This document shows, piece by piece, positions 46,136-57,948 of a stretch of DNA of 64,000 bases (positions are counted from its first letter, which is position 1; each line of letters starts with the position of its first letter). Source of the DNA: a bacterium (GTDB lineage Bacteria > Elusimicrobiota > Elusimicrobia > Elusimicrobiales > UBA9959); contig JAJZRA010000003.1 in the NCBI GenBank assembly GCA_021847485.1, positions 7,819 to 71,818 of the forward strand, read 5' to 3'. The notes under the pieces are model-generated. The model was given only the letters and a program-made list of their open reading frames with translations, was not told the origin of the DNA and did not search any database. Position numbers and translations under genes: made by a program.

Positions 46136-47686
46136 TCAGAATTCCACGTCGAAGATGTAGGCGGTGTAGGGGGCCATCTCCTGCAGGCGCAGGCCGCCCG
46201 CCAGGTCCCCCGACTTGAAGGAGAAGAAGCGGTCCGACAGTTCCTCGAAGATGGCGGTGGTCTCCCCATCGCTCTTGATGGACACGTTCACCACGCCGCA
46301 GGAAGGCACGCCGGAATAGTTCACCACGACCACCTTCAGCGTGCGCCGCTGAGCCCAGCTCCACGCCAGGATATTGGCGTTGGTGCGGTTCTCCTTGTCG
46401 CACTGGCGCACGTCCAGCAGCGCCCATTCCCCGCCGTGGAAGGCGGGGTGGTCCGTGATCTTGAGGAGCTTCGCGTAGAACTTCTTCACTTCCAGGTCGG
46501 GCGCGCGGTCGTAGAGCTGCGTCAGCTGCAGCGGCGGGCGCACCTTGACGCCGTCGAGCTGGTTGTCGTTGTAGAAGCGCAGGCCCTTGATGGTGGAGAC
46601 CACCACGCCCGCGGCCAGCGCCTTCTGCCGGCCGAAGGCCGTCAGCGAAGGCTGCTCGTCGTGGTTATCGATGAAGCGCGCGGAGCGCTTCTGGTAGAGC
46701 TTCTCGGCGCGCAGGTGGCCGCGCACCTCCTGCGGGCCCTGGAAGCGCAGGCGGTCGTAGGTGCCCTTGTCGTAGGTGTAGTCGAAGCCCATCTGCTGCA
46801 CGCGCCACTCCAGGCCCCAGTAGACCTCGGCGAGAAAGACGAACTCGGGGTGCTTCTCCTTGACGGTCCGGATGGCCCCCTCCCAGAACTCCTCCTGCGG
46901 ACGCTTGTAGCCGCCGCGGGCGAGCAGCCAGCCCCAGGTGCCCTCGTGGATCTCGTTCAGGGTCAGCATCACCATGTCGCAGCGGACGCCGTCGGCCATG
47001 TCGGCGATGCGCAGCAGGACGTCCAGCATCCGCTCGCGCGTGGCCGGGTTGAAATAGTTCAACTGGGCGCTGTCGGTCCACGCCGGGAAATTGGGATCGC
47101 GGCCGTAAGCGATGTAGCGCTTGTGCTCGCCGCTCTGCATCTCGAAGAACCAGTCGGGGTGGGCGCGAAAATCCTCTTCGGCCCCGTTCACGAAGCAGTC
47201 GGGGCACTCTTTTATGTAGGGATTGTCCTTGGCCGTGTGGTTGGACACCAGGTCCACCATCAGCTTCATGCCCATCGAGTTCAGCTTCTCCTTGAGGGCC
47301 TTGAGCTCCCATTCAAAACCGAGCTCGGAGTTCAGACGGTACCAGTGCACGGAATACGGGGAGGAGCCGACGGCCTCAGGGCCGAAGCCGGGCGGCAGGT
47401 TCTTTATCTCTTCCAGCAGCGCGCGGTCCTCGCGGGCTATGCGCTCCGACTCCGGGCTGGGCTCCCAGACGCCGACCAGCCAGACCACGTCGATGCCGAG
47501 GTGGCGCAGTTCCAGCCACTCGTCGTCAGGGACGGAAGAAAGCGTCATCTCGGGGAGAGAATACTTGGCCCGCAGCTGTTTAAGCCACAGTCGCGTATTG
47601 ATCTCTATCAAGTGAGGATTGGAGCGCAGCACGGTCCCTCTTGGAAAAAAATCGGATCTATCGTTGAGAACTACCCCGTTCACCAA
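46136..47686 (-). CDS. Alpha-amylase family (GH13) enzyme, cytoplasmic
   Basis: Catalytic-region motifs DGVRCDMV, FLAEVYW and FIDNHDE. No signal peptide. Start is TTG/GTG at 47686/47683. Confidence 0.8.
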   Translation of the reverse strand: MVNGVVLNDRSDFFPRGTVLRSNPHLIEINTRLWLKQLRAKYSLPEMTLSSVPDDEWLELRHLGIDVVWLVGVWEPSPESERIAREDRALLEEIKNLPPGFGPEAVGSSPYSVHWYRLNSELGFEWELKALKEKLNSMGMKLMVDLVSNHTAKDNPYIKECPDCFVNGAEEDFRAHPDWFFEMQSGEHKRYIAYGRDPNFPAWTDSAQLNYFNPATRERMLDVLLRIADMADGVRCDMVMLTLNEIHEGTWGWLLARGGYKRPQEEFWEGAIRTVKEKHPEFVFLAEVYWGLEWRVQQMGFDYTYDKGTYDRLRFQGPQEVRGHLRAEKLYQKRSARFIDNHDEQPSLTAFGRQKALAAGVVVSTIKGLRFYNDNQLDGVKVRPPLQLTQLYDRAPDLEVKKFYAKLLKITDHPAFHGGEWALLDVRQCDKENRTNANILAWSWAQRRTLKVVVVNYSGVPSCGVVNVSIKSDGETTAIFEELSDRFFSFKSGDLAGGLRLQEMAPYTAYIFDVEF

Positions 47687-47699
47687 TTATAGCAAATCG

Positions 47700-49640
47700 T
47701 CAGCGCAGGTCGAGGACCTTGTACTCGCCGGGCTGCAGCGAGGCCGAGAAGCCCGCCTGCGGCAGGTCGGCCCTGGTAGGGTCCCAGGTCACGTTGCCGA
47801 TCACGGCCTTCCTGAGGCCGGGGCGGGTCTTCGACTTCATCACGTAGCCGGCCCAGCCCTGGCCCTGCGGCGGCCACAGCGGCTCGATATCGTAATCGCC
47901 CAGCTCGGCCTTCACCGAGGCGGCCAGCGCGAAGATCCGGTCGTAGACGCCCTTCACGGCGGGGTCCCCGCCCTTCCAGTCTATCTGGCACGGCACGCTG
48001 AAAGGCAGCGGCTTCTGCTCGCCGCCGGGCACGGCGGCGTCGTAGCCGATCTCGGCGCCGGAATACACCATGACCGCGCCGGGGTAGAGCAGCGTCAGCG
48101 CCAGCATCGCGGGCAGCCGCCTGCCGTATATGCGCTCGGGGGCGGCCTCGTCGTGGTTGCCGGCGAACATCACCGAACCGGACCCGCCGGTCTGCCAGGC
48201 CAGGAAAGCGTTGCGGTTGATGGAGCTCTGGATCGCGCGCGGGTCGCCGGACTCGGAGGCGTTGTACCAGCCGGTCTGGCCCTCGGGGCGGGCGTCCTCG
48301 TGCTTGCTGTAGATGGTATCGAAACCGCAGGCGCCGAGGTCCTCCTGGTAGGCGTAGGCCTCGGCCATGAAGGCGGCCGAAGGCTTGGCGGCCTTGACGG
48401 TCCAGATCAGCTGGCGGTAGAACTCCTCGTAAGGCATCGTCCTGGCCCACGTGCGGGCGAAGACGTTGTTGAGGGCCAGGTAGGCCATGTCCACGCGGAA
48501 GCCGTCCACGTCGAACTTAGTGACCCAGCCCTTGACGATCTCGGTCATCCGCGAGCGCAGCGCCGGGTTGGAATAGTTGATCTGCGCGGTGTCGATCCAG
48601 CTGGAGACGCCGCCGCCGTACTCGAAGCCGCCGTTGTGCACGCAGTACCGGGCCCCGTTCCAGTTATAGTCGAAATGGTCCCGGGCGCAGGCCGCGTCGG
48701 AACGGTAGCTGACGAAATAGGCGGGGTTCTCGGAGAGCAGCCTGGAGTCGAGCGAGGTATGGTTGACGACGAAGTCCACTATCACCCTGAGGCCGGCCGA
48801 GTGAGCGCGCTGCACGAAGGCCTTGAAGTCGGCCTCGGTACCGAGGTCCGGGTTCACGGTGGAATGGTCGCTGATGGAATAGGGTGAGCCGCCGCCGGTG
48901 CCGGTCTGGCCGCGCACGCCTATCGGCAGGATGCCCATAGGCCAGACCGCGTCGAAGCCCATGCGCTTTATCTTCTCGAAGTCGGAGGCCTGGAAATCCC
49001 GGAAGAAGGAGCCGCCCGCCGCGCGCCGGCCGGCCGCGTTGTAGGCCCGCGGGAAAAGCTCGTAGATACGGGCCTTCTTGGCCCAGGCCGCGGCGTCGTA
49101 GCGCGCCATGTTGGCCTGCAGGCCGGAGACGTAGTTCTCTAGGAGGGCGTTGATCCTGGCGTTCTTCTCCGCTTCGGACGCGGACGAGGCCTTAAGATCG
49201 GTCAGCGCCTTGCGCAGCTCCGCGGTCCACGGCACCGGGGCCAGCAGGGCGTCCAGGTAGTTGAAATAGTCGCCGGTCTGGCCGGCGAAGGCGGCGGCGC
49301 CGTACTTGCCCTCCAGTTCCTTCTTGGTCCACAGGAAACCCTCGAGGCCTACGCTCTGCGCCTGGGCGGTCCAGCCCTCGGAGTTATTGCGGAAAACGAA
49401 CTGGCGCATCTGCGGGGAGGAGCCGTTCCAGTGCCCGGTGGCCAGCACTTCCTTCATCTGCTTGAGGAACTCGGTGGAGGCGTCGGCCTTGGCGTCGGCG
49501 GCCGCGGCGGGCGCGGCCGGCAGCGTGCCGTCGAAAAGCGCCGAGGCGGCCAGCCTGTCGGCTTCGGGAGTGGCGTGGAGCGCCGCCGGCAGGGCCAGCA
49601 GCAGCAATAGCCTGGAGAATAGGCGCGGGAAACCCATCAT
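47700..49640 (-). CDS. Alpha-amylase family (GH13) enzyme, secreted
   Basis: Signal peptide MGFPRLFSRLLLLLALPAALHA. DFVVNHTS, DGFRVDMAY, FMAEAYAY and FAGNHDE motifs. Start trimmed to ATG 49640/49637. Confidence 0.8.
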   Translation of the reverse strand: MMGFPRLFSRLLLLLALPAALHATPEADRLAASALFDGTLPAAPAAAADAKADASTEFLKQMKEVLATGHWNGSSPQMRQFVFRNNSEGWTAQAQSVGLEGFLWTKKELEGKYGAAAFAGQTGDYFNYLDALLAPVPWTAELRKALTDLKASSASEAEKNARINALLENYVSGLQANMARYDAAAWAKKARIYELFPRAYNAAGRRAAGGSFFRDFQASDFEKIKRMGFDAVWPMGILPIGVRGQTGTGGGSPYSISDHSTVNPDLGTEADFKAFVQRAHSAGLRVIVDFVVNHTSLDSRLLSENPAYFVSYRSDAACARDHFDYNWNGARYCVHNGGFEYGGGVSSWIDTAQINYSNPALRSRMTEIVKGWVTKFDVDGFRVDMAYLALNNVFARTWARTMPYEEFYRQLIWTVKAAKPSAAFMAEAYAYQEDLGACGFDTIYSKHEDARPEGQTGWYNASESGDPRAIQSSINRNAFLAWQTGGSGSVMFAGNHDEAAPERIYGRRLPAMLALTLLYPGAVMVYSGAEIGYDAAVPGGEQKPLPFSVPCQIDWKGGDPAVKGVYDRIFALAASVKAELGDYDIEPLWPPQGQGWAGYVMKSKTRPGLRKAVIGNVTWDPTRADLPQAGFSASLQPGEYKVLDLR

Positions 49641-49709
49641 ATCAGGTATACCACGCGGCGGAACGCGCGGCAAGTGCGGGACGGCCCACCGGGCGGTGGG
49701 CCTAAAGTC

Positions 49710-50645
49710 CTAGACCGCCCCGTCGCCCCCCTTAAGCCAGCGCAGGGCCAGCAGGTAGGAGATACCGCCGAACATGACGATCAGGACGGCGCCGGAGAAG
49801 ACCACCCTCAGCGCCCAGGGGGAAACCTTGCGGGCCGGCGCGGCGGCCGGGTCCACGATCTCGTAGATCCACCACTTGGTGCCGCCCACCGCGGAGACCG
49901 CCACCAGGTAGGCGCGCCCGCGGAAATAGACCTCGCTGGAGAAACTGGAGACGTCGCGCTCCATCGCCACGGCCATCATCTTGATGACCTCCGGCGGGGC
50001 CTTGAGGCCGGGCTTCAGGATCGACATGCTCAGGGAGTCGGCTATGATCTGCCCCCCGCCGTCCACCAGGCCGAAGCTGCCGTAGGAATTCCTGCCGAGC
50101 AGGCGCACCACCTCGCCGAGGTAGGCCAGGCTGAGCCGCCCCGCCAGGTAATATTCCGGTTTACCGGCGCGGCCTAAGACCGGCTCGCAGAGCACCAGCG
50201 CAGGCGGCGTATATTCGCCGTATTCCACGGCCCCGGCCGGCGCGCCGGCGGCCCTGGCCTCGGCGCAGACGGGGCCCCGGTCGTAGTCCACCCTGGCTAT
50301 AGAGCTCTTCTCGGCGGCATAGCGGGCCAGTTCGCCTCCCCCCGCGCGCAGCAGCGCCAGCTCGGAGAAGACGAACGGGGCTTCCTTCACCTTGCGGCGG
50401 AGCTCCTCCTTGAGGGCGGCCGGCCCCGCCGAGGAGGCGGCCAGCCGCGAAAGGCTGTAATTGAGGTTGAGCACCTCCGAGACTATGTTGGAGCCGGTCA
50501 CCGCCCGCAGCTCCAGGAAGCGCAGCATGTCCTTGCGCTGCAGCTCGCGCTCGCCGTAAAGAAAGTGCCGGCTGAGGATCAGGAAAGGCACCAGGAAAAG
50601 GCCCGTCACCGCCGCTATGAACTTATATTTGTTGGTCCCGCTCAT
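49710..50645 (-). CDS. Membrane protein with a periplasmic (Cache/PDC-like?) domain between two TM helices and no output domain
   Basis: N-terminal TM (FIAAVTGLFLVPFLIL), about 240 aa of extracytoplasmic region, and a C-terminal TM (VVFSGAVLIVMFGGISYLLAL). Confidence 0.55.
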   Translation of the reverse strand: MSGTNKYKFIAAVTGLFLVPFLILSRHFLYGERELQRKDMLRFLELRAVTGSNIVSEVLNLNYSLSRLAASSAGPAALKEELRRKVKEAPFVFSELALLRAGGGELARYAAEKSSIARVDYDRGPVCAEARAAGAPAGAVEYGEYTPPALVLCEPVLGRAGKPEYYLAGRLSLAYLGEVVRLLGRNSYGSFGLVDGGGQIIADSLSMSILKPGLKAPPEVIKMMAVAMERDVSSFSSEVYFRGRAYLVAVSAVGGTKWWIYEIVDPAAAPARKVSPWALRVVFSGAVLIVMFGGISYLLALRWLKGGDGAV

Positions 50646-51811
50646 TTACTTCTCCCTTTGTCTTTAGCCGCTCCGGCCCCGGGGCCGTATCTCGATTCCA
50701 CCCACTCCAGCGCCGACTGGAACCCCAGGCCCGCCAGCGCGCAGAGGGCCCACAGCGTCCAGAGGTAATACCGCAATTCTATCCCGCCGGACGCCGGGAC
50801 CTGCCTTATGCCCGCCAGCGGCAGCACCGGCAGCAGCGCGCCGGCCAGGAAGAACAGCAGGGCGTCCCGCTTCAGCGCGAACGCCGCGTATATCCCCAGG
50901 AAAGCCGGCACGAAGAGCAGGCCGTAATAGATCACCCGGGGCACCTCGTAGGCGAAGGCGCGGCCAAGCCCGCTGAACGCGTCCTGCAGCGCCCCGGCGG
51001 GACCCTTGCGGAGCAGGAAAGCGGTCACGCCCAGGGGGCCGGCCCCGTAGGGCGCCCCCGGCGTATAGCCGTAACGGTCCACGTTGTCCCAGCGCCTCAG
51101 GGCCAGCTGCTGGGCATAGAGCGGGCTGCCGTACTTGGCCCGCTGCACCGCCAGGTACGGCAGGACCAGCAGCAGCGCCAGGCCCAGCGCCGGCGCCGCG
51201 TTCTTCAAGGCGCCGGGCCGGCGCCGTACGGCCAGCGACAGCGCGGCCATTATCAGCACGGCCCAGGCCGCGTCCAGCCGGCTCAGGCAGGCCAGCCCCG
51301 CGAAAAGGCCGGCCGCCAGCGCGGCGCGCAGGCCGCCGCGGGGCGGGTCGAAGTAATACCAGAAAGGCACGAGGAAGAGCAGCGCGTAGAGGTGGGAATC
51401 CCCCTGCACGGCGTAATAGCCGGCGTAGGGGTTGGCCGCCAGGAACAGCGCGGCCATAGCGGCGGTCGTCTCGCCGAAGCGGCGCCGCAGCGCGAAGAAG
51501 GTGACGGCGACCAGCAGGCAGTAGGCGGCCAGTCCCTCGGCCCGCAGCGCGGTATCGGGGTCGGCCCCCAGCGCCGTCGGGACCTTCAGCAGGAAGACGG
51601 GCAGCGGCTCGGCCGGGCCGGAATCGTAGAAGAAGCGGGAGGAGGAGGCCAGCAGGGAGCGGGACGCGGCCTCGCGCAGCGGCTCGTGGCGGTAGACCTT
51701 CCAGCAGGCGGTCACGTTGAGGACGAGCGCCGCGGCGGCCAGCGCCAGCGAGGCCCGGCTCAAGTAGCGGCGGGAGGGCGGCACGGGAAGCTTCTGGAGA
51801 GGTTCCCCCAT
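50642..51811 (-). CDS. Polytopic membrane protein, GT-C/PMT_2-like glycosyltransferase
   Basis: Multiple TM segments in an ArnT/PMT-like pattern. Trimmed from the chimeric ORF 50642..53161 to the ATG at 51811. Confidence 0.5.
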   Translation of the reverse strand: MGEPLQKLPVPPSRRYLSRASLALAAAALVLNVTACWKVYRHEPLREAASRSLLASSSRFFYDSGPAEPLPVFLLKVPTALGADPDTALRAEGLAAYCLLVAVTFFALRRRFGETTAAMAALFLAANPYAGYYAVQGDSHLYALLFLVPFWYYFDPPRGGLRAALAAGLFAGLACLSRLDAAWAVLIMAALSLAVRRRPGALKNAAPALGLALLLVLPYLAVQRAKYGSPLYAQQLALRRWDNVDRYGYTPGAPYGAGPLGVTAFLLRKGPAGALQDAFSGLGRAFAYEVPRVIYYGLLFVPAFLGIYAAFALKRDALLFFLAGALLPVLPLAGIRQVPASGGIELRYYLWTLWALCALAGLGFQSALEWVESRYGPGAGAAKDKGRSK

Positions 51812-51818
51812 AAATTGT

Positions 51819-51824
51819 AGTATA
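51819..51824 (-). promoter_or_regulatory. Candidate -10 box TATACT (minus strand), 7 nt upstream of the ATG at 51811
   Basis: The minus strand reads TTTATATACTACAATTTATG. Confidence 0.35.
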
Positions 51825-51856
51825 TAAAACAAAAGCGACGGGGAGACACGGATTTT

Positions 51857-53170
51857 ATGAGAGAGATCACGCTGGAGTTCAAAAAGATAGTAGGCGAGGG
51901 CAAAGCGCTGGGCCGCAGCGAAGGCAAGGTAGTCTTCTGCTACGGCGTGCTGCCGGGGGAGACCGCCCGCGTGCGGGTCACGTTCGAGAAGAAGAACTTC
52001 GCCGAGGCGGAACTGCTGGAGATCGTTACTCCCTCGCCGAAGCGCGTCGCCCCGCGGGAGGACCATTACCTGAGCTGCTCTCCGTGGCAGGTCATGGAGT
52101 ACGCCTTCCAGTGCGAGACCAAGAAGGAGCTCATCGAAGACCTGCTCTACCAGACGACGAAAGAGACCATCCGCCTGGACAAGTTCTACGGCGCGAAGGA
52201 CGTCTTCGGCTACCGCACGAAAATAGAGTACAGTTTCACCGGCGAACCGGGCGCGCTGAGCTTCGCGTTCCACAAGCGCGGCAACTACCGCGAGAAATAC
52301 CTGCTGCCCGAAGGCTGCGCGCTGATAAGCCCGGCGGCCAACGCCGCCGCCAAAAAGGTGCTGGAGATACTCAACGGCCTGAAGCTCTCCACCGCGGACC
52401 TGAAGACCCTGATAATCCGCGAGGCCAAGAATCCCGGCTCGCGCGTGGCCGCGCTGTTCCTGAAACGGCAGGACATAGAGCTGCCGGACATGAAGGTGGA
52501 GGGGCTGGACGGCTTCCTCGCCGTCTACTCCAACCCGGTCAGCTCCGTCAGCCAGGTGGACGGGATACTCAAGACCTGGGGGCACGAATTCGTGACCGAG
52601 GAGATCCTGGGCAGCAAGTTCTATTACGGCTTCGACTGCTTCTTCCAGAACAACATCGAACTGTTCACCGAGGCCCTGAAGGAGATCCGCGCGGCCGCCT
52701 ACAAGTGCGGCAAGCTGGTGGACCTCTACTCCGGCGTCGGCGTGATAGGCCTGTCCCTGCGCGACCTGGCCGGCAAGGTACTCGCGGTGGAAGCCTCCGG
52801 CAGCTCGGCGAAGTACGCCGCGCTGAACGCCGAAAGCCTCGGCGCGAAGAACTTCGAGATGCTCTGCTCGCTGTCGGAGAAGACGAAGGACGGCATCTTC
52901 GACGGGACCGACATCCTGGTGCTGGACCCGCCGCGCGCGGGCCTGCACAACAAGGTGATAAAGCGCATCATGGAGATCCTGCCGAAGCGCATCGTCTACC
53001 TGTCCTGCAACCCCATCACGCAGGGCCGGGACGCCGCTTTCTTCCTGGAGAAATACAAGATAATCAGGTCGGCCGGCTTCGACTTCTACCCCAACACGCC
53101 GCACGCCGAAACGCTGCTGGTCTTCGAGCGGCAGCAGCCCGGGACCCGGGCCGGGGAACAAGGCGCATAA
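51857..53170 (+). CDS. RNA (uracil-5)-methyltransferase, TrmA/RlmD family with N-terminal TRAM-like domain
   Basis: DLYSGVGVIG SAM motif, LDPPRAGL, and the catalytic Cys context YLSCNP. Confidence 0.85.
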   Translation: MREITLEFKKIVGEGKALGRSEGKVVFCYGVLPGETARVRVTFEKKNFAEAELLEIVTPSPKRVAPREDHYLSCSPWQVMEYAFQCETKKELIEDLLYQTTKETIRLDKFYGAKDVFGYRTKIEYSFTGEPGALSFAFHKRGNYREKYLLPEGCALISPAANAAAKKVLEILNGLKLSTADLKTLIIREAKNPGSRVAALFLKRQDIELPDMKVEGLDGFLAVYSNPVSSVSQVDGILKTWGHEFVTEEILGSKFYYGFDCFFQNNIELFTEALKEIRAAAYKCGKLVDLYSGVGVIGLSLRDLAGKVLAVEASGSSAKYAALNAESLGAKNFEMLCSLSEKTKDGIFDGTDILVLDPPRAGLHNKVIKRIMEILPKRIVYLSCNPITQGRDAAFFLEKYKIIRSAGFDFYPNTPHAETLLVFERQQPGTRAGEQGA

Positions 53171-53197
53171 AGGGCCTCCGGCCGGACGCCGGCGGGA

Positions 53198-53593
53198 TCA
53201 GAGGTCGGAAAGCCTGTGGCTCTCCAGCTTCTTCCTGACCAGCCCGCAGAGGTCGCGCCAGACGGCGCTTATCCTGCAGGACCGGCTCAGGGAACAGGGG
53301 CGGCCGGGCTTGCGGCAGACGGTCTTCAGCACGGACTCGCGGCCGCAGACGGCCTGCATGATCCGGTAGACGCTGACGCCGCGCGCGGGAACCGCCAGCG
53401 TGAAGCCGCCGTTCTTGCCCTTGGTCGAGCTGACCAGGCCGGCCCGGATCAGCTTCTGCAGGATCTTGGAGAGGAAGGCGCGGGGGATGAGAGTACCTTT
53501 CGAGATGTCGCCGAGCACGCGGGTCTCGCCGGCGTGGTCCTTAAGGTAGACCAGGCAGCGCACCGCGTAGTCGGTTTCCAGCGTGATTTGCAT
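53198..53593 (-). CDS. Rrf2-family transcriptional regulator
   Basis: MQITLETDYAVRCLVYL... winged-helix N-terminus with three C-terminal Cys. 131 aa. Confidence 0.88.
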   Translation of the reverse strand: MQITLETDYAVRCLVYLKDHAGETRVLGDISKGTLIPRAFLSKILQKLIRAGLVSSTKGKNGGFTLAVPARGVSVYRIMQAVCGRESVLKTVCRKPGRPCSLSRSCRISAVWRDLCGLVRKKLESHRLSDL

Positions 53594-53620
53594 AGGTAAG
53601 GTAAATCATACCTTTTTTGC

Positions 53621-55081
53621 CTAATTAAATGCCGCCTCGGCCCGGCGCTTTATCTCCAGCGCGAGACCGCGGAACATGAAGGCGTGGGCCGGGTACAGCC
53701 CGTACCAGTAGACGCTGCCGGAAAGGCCGTGGGGCTCGAAATAGGCGGTGAGGCGCAGCGTGCAGGCGGCCTCCCCCCGGGGCACGGCCTCGAACTGCAG
53801 CCAGCCCTTGCCGGGCAGGCGCATCTCGGCGCGCAGCAGCATAAGGCGGTCCTCCATGACCCGCTCCACGCGCCAGGAGTCCAGCGCCTCCCCCTGCCTG
53901 ATCTCGTCTGGGTGGCGGCGGCCGCGGCGCATGCCTATGCCGCCCACCAGCCTGTCCTGCAGGGCCTTCAGCCACCAGAGCCATTGCCCGTAGAACCAGC
54001 CGCGCCTGCCGCCGATGCCGGAGAAGACCCGGAAGACGGCCGCCGCCGGCGCGCCTATGTCCAGCACGTGCGCGTGGCTGATCATGCCTTCCCTGTCCTC
54101 GAAGGTATAGGCCTTGGCGTACGAAGGCGTGTAGGCCGCGGTCCAGGAAGTCTCCACGGCGTTCTCGCTCAGGCGGACCAGCGCGTACTTTACCGCCGTG
54201 GCGTAGTCCAGCGGCCTGACCTCGGGGAACAGCCGCGCGGCCTCGGAAATGTCGCAGGAGACGTCGCAGCTGAGGCTCTCCAGCAGCGGGCGCGCGAAGA
54301 CGCGCGGGACCGGCGTCAGCAGCCCTATCCCCGCGCTGCAGATGTTCAGGTTCCAGCTGCGCAGCTCCAGGAAGCGCCTGCGCAGGCCGCGCACTTCGGC
54401 GTAGATGCGCAGCAGGTCGCGGTAGCGGTGCGAGCTGGAGCCGCCGATCTCGATGACCCTGCCGGCGGTCTCCGGTTTCTTCAGGCACAGGGCCAGGTAG
54501 GACAGGACGTCCCTCACCGCCAGCGGCTGGGAAAGCGTGTTAAGGCAGCTGCAGGCCGGGATCAGCGGCAGCCGCTCCACCAGGTAGCGGATCATCTCGA
54601 AGGAGACGCTGCCCGAGCCCACTATCATCCCCGCGCGCAGCTCGGTGACCGGGACCCCGGTCGAGCCGAGTATGGCCCCCACGCGGTGGCGCGAGGAAAG
54701 ATGAGGCGACAGGCATGAGCCGTCCTTGCCGGGCCCGCCCAGGTAGATGATCCGCTTGCAGCCGGCCGCCGCGGCGGCCCGGGCGAAATTTTCGGCCGAA
54801 GCCGCCTCCATGGCGGCGAAGCCGGGCTCGTCGGCCATGGAATGGACCAGGTAGTAGGCGGCGTCCGTCCCGGCCAGGGCGGCCGCGAGGCCCTCGTCCT
54901 TATACACGTCGCCCTTGAATATTTCCGCGGCGGAGGCCCAAGGCAGCCCGGCCAGCCGTTCCGGGCCGCGCGCCAGGCACCTGACCCGGTACCCTGCCGC
55001 TATCAGCCGGGGCGCGAGGCGCCCGCCTATATAGCCGGTGGCGCCGGTGACGAGGATGGTCCTTGGCTCGGTGGCTGGCAT
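53621..55081 (-). CDS. NAD(P)-binding SDR-like protein with C-terminal DUF2867-like domain
   Basis: VTGATGYIGGRL Rossmann loop. The C-terminal pattern WRVE...LRAEMRLPGKGWLQFE...YWYGLYPAHAFMF is typical of DUF2867. Confidence 0.75.
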   Translation of the reverse strand: MPATEPRTILVTGATGYIGGRLAPRLIAAGYRVRCLARGPERLAGLPWASAAEIFKGDVYKDEGLAAALAGTDAAYYLVHSMADEPGFAAMEAASAENFARAAAAAGCKRIIYLGGPGKDGSCLSPHLSSRHRVGAILGSTGVPVTELRAGMIVGSGSVSFEMIRYLVERLPLIPACSCLNTLSQPLAVRDVLSYLALCLKKPETAGRVIEIGGSSSHRYRDLLRIYAEVRGLRRRFLELRSWNLNICSAGIGLLTPVPRVFARPLLESLSCDVSCDISEAARLFPEVRPLDYATAVKYALVRLSENAVETSWTAAYTPSYAKAYTFEDREGMISHAHVLDIGAPAAAVFRVFSGIGGRRGWFYGQWLWWLKALQDRLVGGIGMRRGRRHPDEIRQGEALDSWRVERVMEDRLMLLRAEMRLPGKGWLQFEAVPRGEAACTLRLTAYFEPHGLSGSVYWYGLYPAHAFMFRGLALEIKRRAEAAFN

Positions 55082-55087
55082 ACGCCT

Positions 55088-55093
55088 ATTATA
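55088..55093 (-). promoter_or_regulatory. Extended -10 box (TGGTATAAT, minus strand), 6 nt upstream of the ATG at 55081
   Basis: The minus strand reads ATTGGTATAATAGGCGTATG, the same 11-mer as at 17611-17621. Confidence 0.5.
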
Positions 55094-55189
55094 CCAATGC
55101 TTGCCCGCACCCCCGCCGCTTTATTAAAATATCTTATAGTTCGGGAACGCCCCCGGGCGCCGACAGCCGTTCTTTTTCGCCTACCCTAA

Positions 55190-57505
<2,316 letters not shown>

Positions 57506-57523
57506 CCACGGCCACCTGGACAT

Positions 57524-57555
57524 AAAAAAACCCCGGCTCCGGCCGGGGTTTTTTT
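57524..57555. terminator. Bidirectional Rho-independent terminator
   Basis: AAAAAAA-CCCCGGC-TCCG-GCCGGGG-TTTTTTT between convergent icd and panD. Confidence 0.9.
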
Positions 57556-57573
57556 ATCGGGCGGCTGGCGCCC

Positions 57574-57948
57574 TCAGGCCGCGGCCAGCACCTTCTCGGC
57601 GTGGCCGGTCTTGCCGGGCAGGCTCCTGCTGGTGCAGATCACGGTGGGGACGTGGCCGCGGCATTCCTCCTCGGTGTACTGCGCGTAGGAGACTATGATC
57701 AGCAGGTCCCCCTTCTGCACCAGGCGCGCCGCCGCGCCGTTGACCCCGATCACGCCTTTAGGGCCGGGGATCACGTAGGTCGAGAAGCGCGCGCCGTTGT
57801 TCACGTCGTAGATGTCCACCTTCTCGTTCTCCAGCAGGTCGGCCTGCCGGCAGAGCTCGCTGTCTATCGTTATCGAGCCGTTGTAGTCCACGTCGGTCTG
57901 CGTGGCGGCCACGCGGTGGATCTTCGACTTCATCAGGGTGCGTATCAT
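57574..57948 (-). CDS. panD: Aspartate 1-decarboxylase
   Basis: MIRTLMKSKIHRV... and the self-cleavage site context YNGSITID. Confidence 0.93.
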   Translation of the reverse strand: MIRTLMKSKIHRVAATQTDVDYNGSITIDSELCRQADLLENEKVDIYDVNNGARFSTYVIPGPKGVIGVNGAAARLVQKGDLLIIVSYAQYTEEECRGHVPTVICTSRSLPGKTGHAEKVLAAA

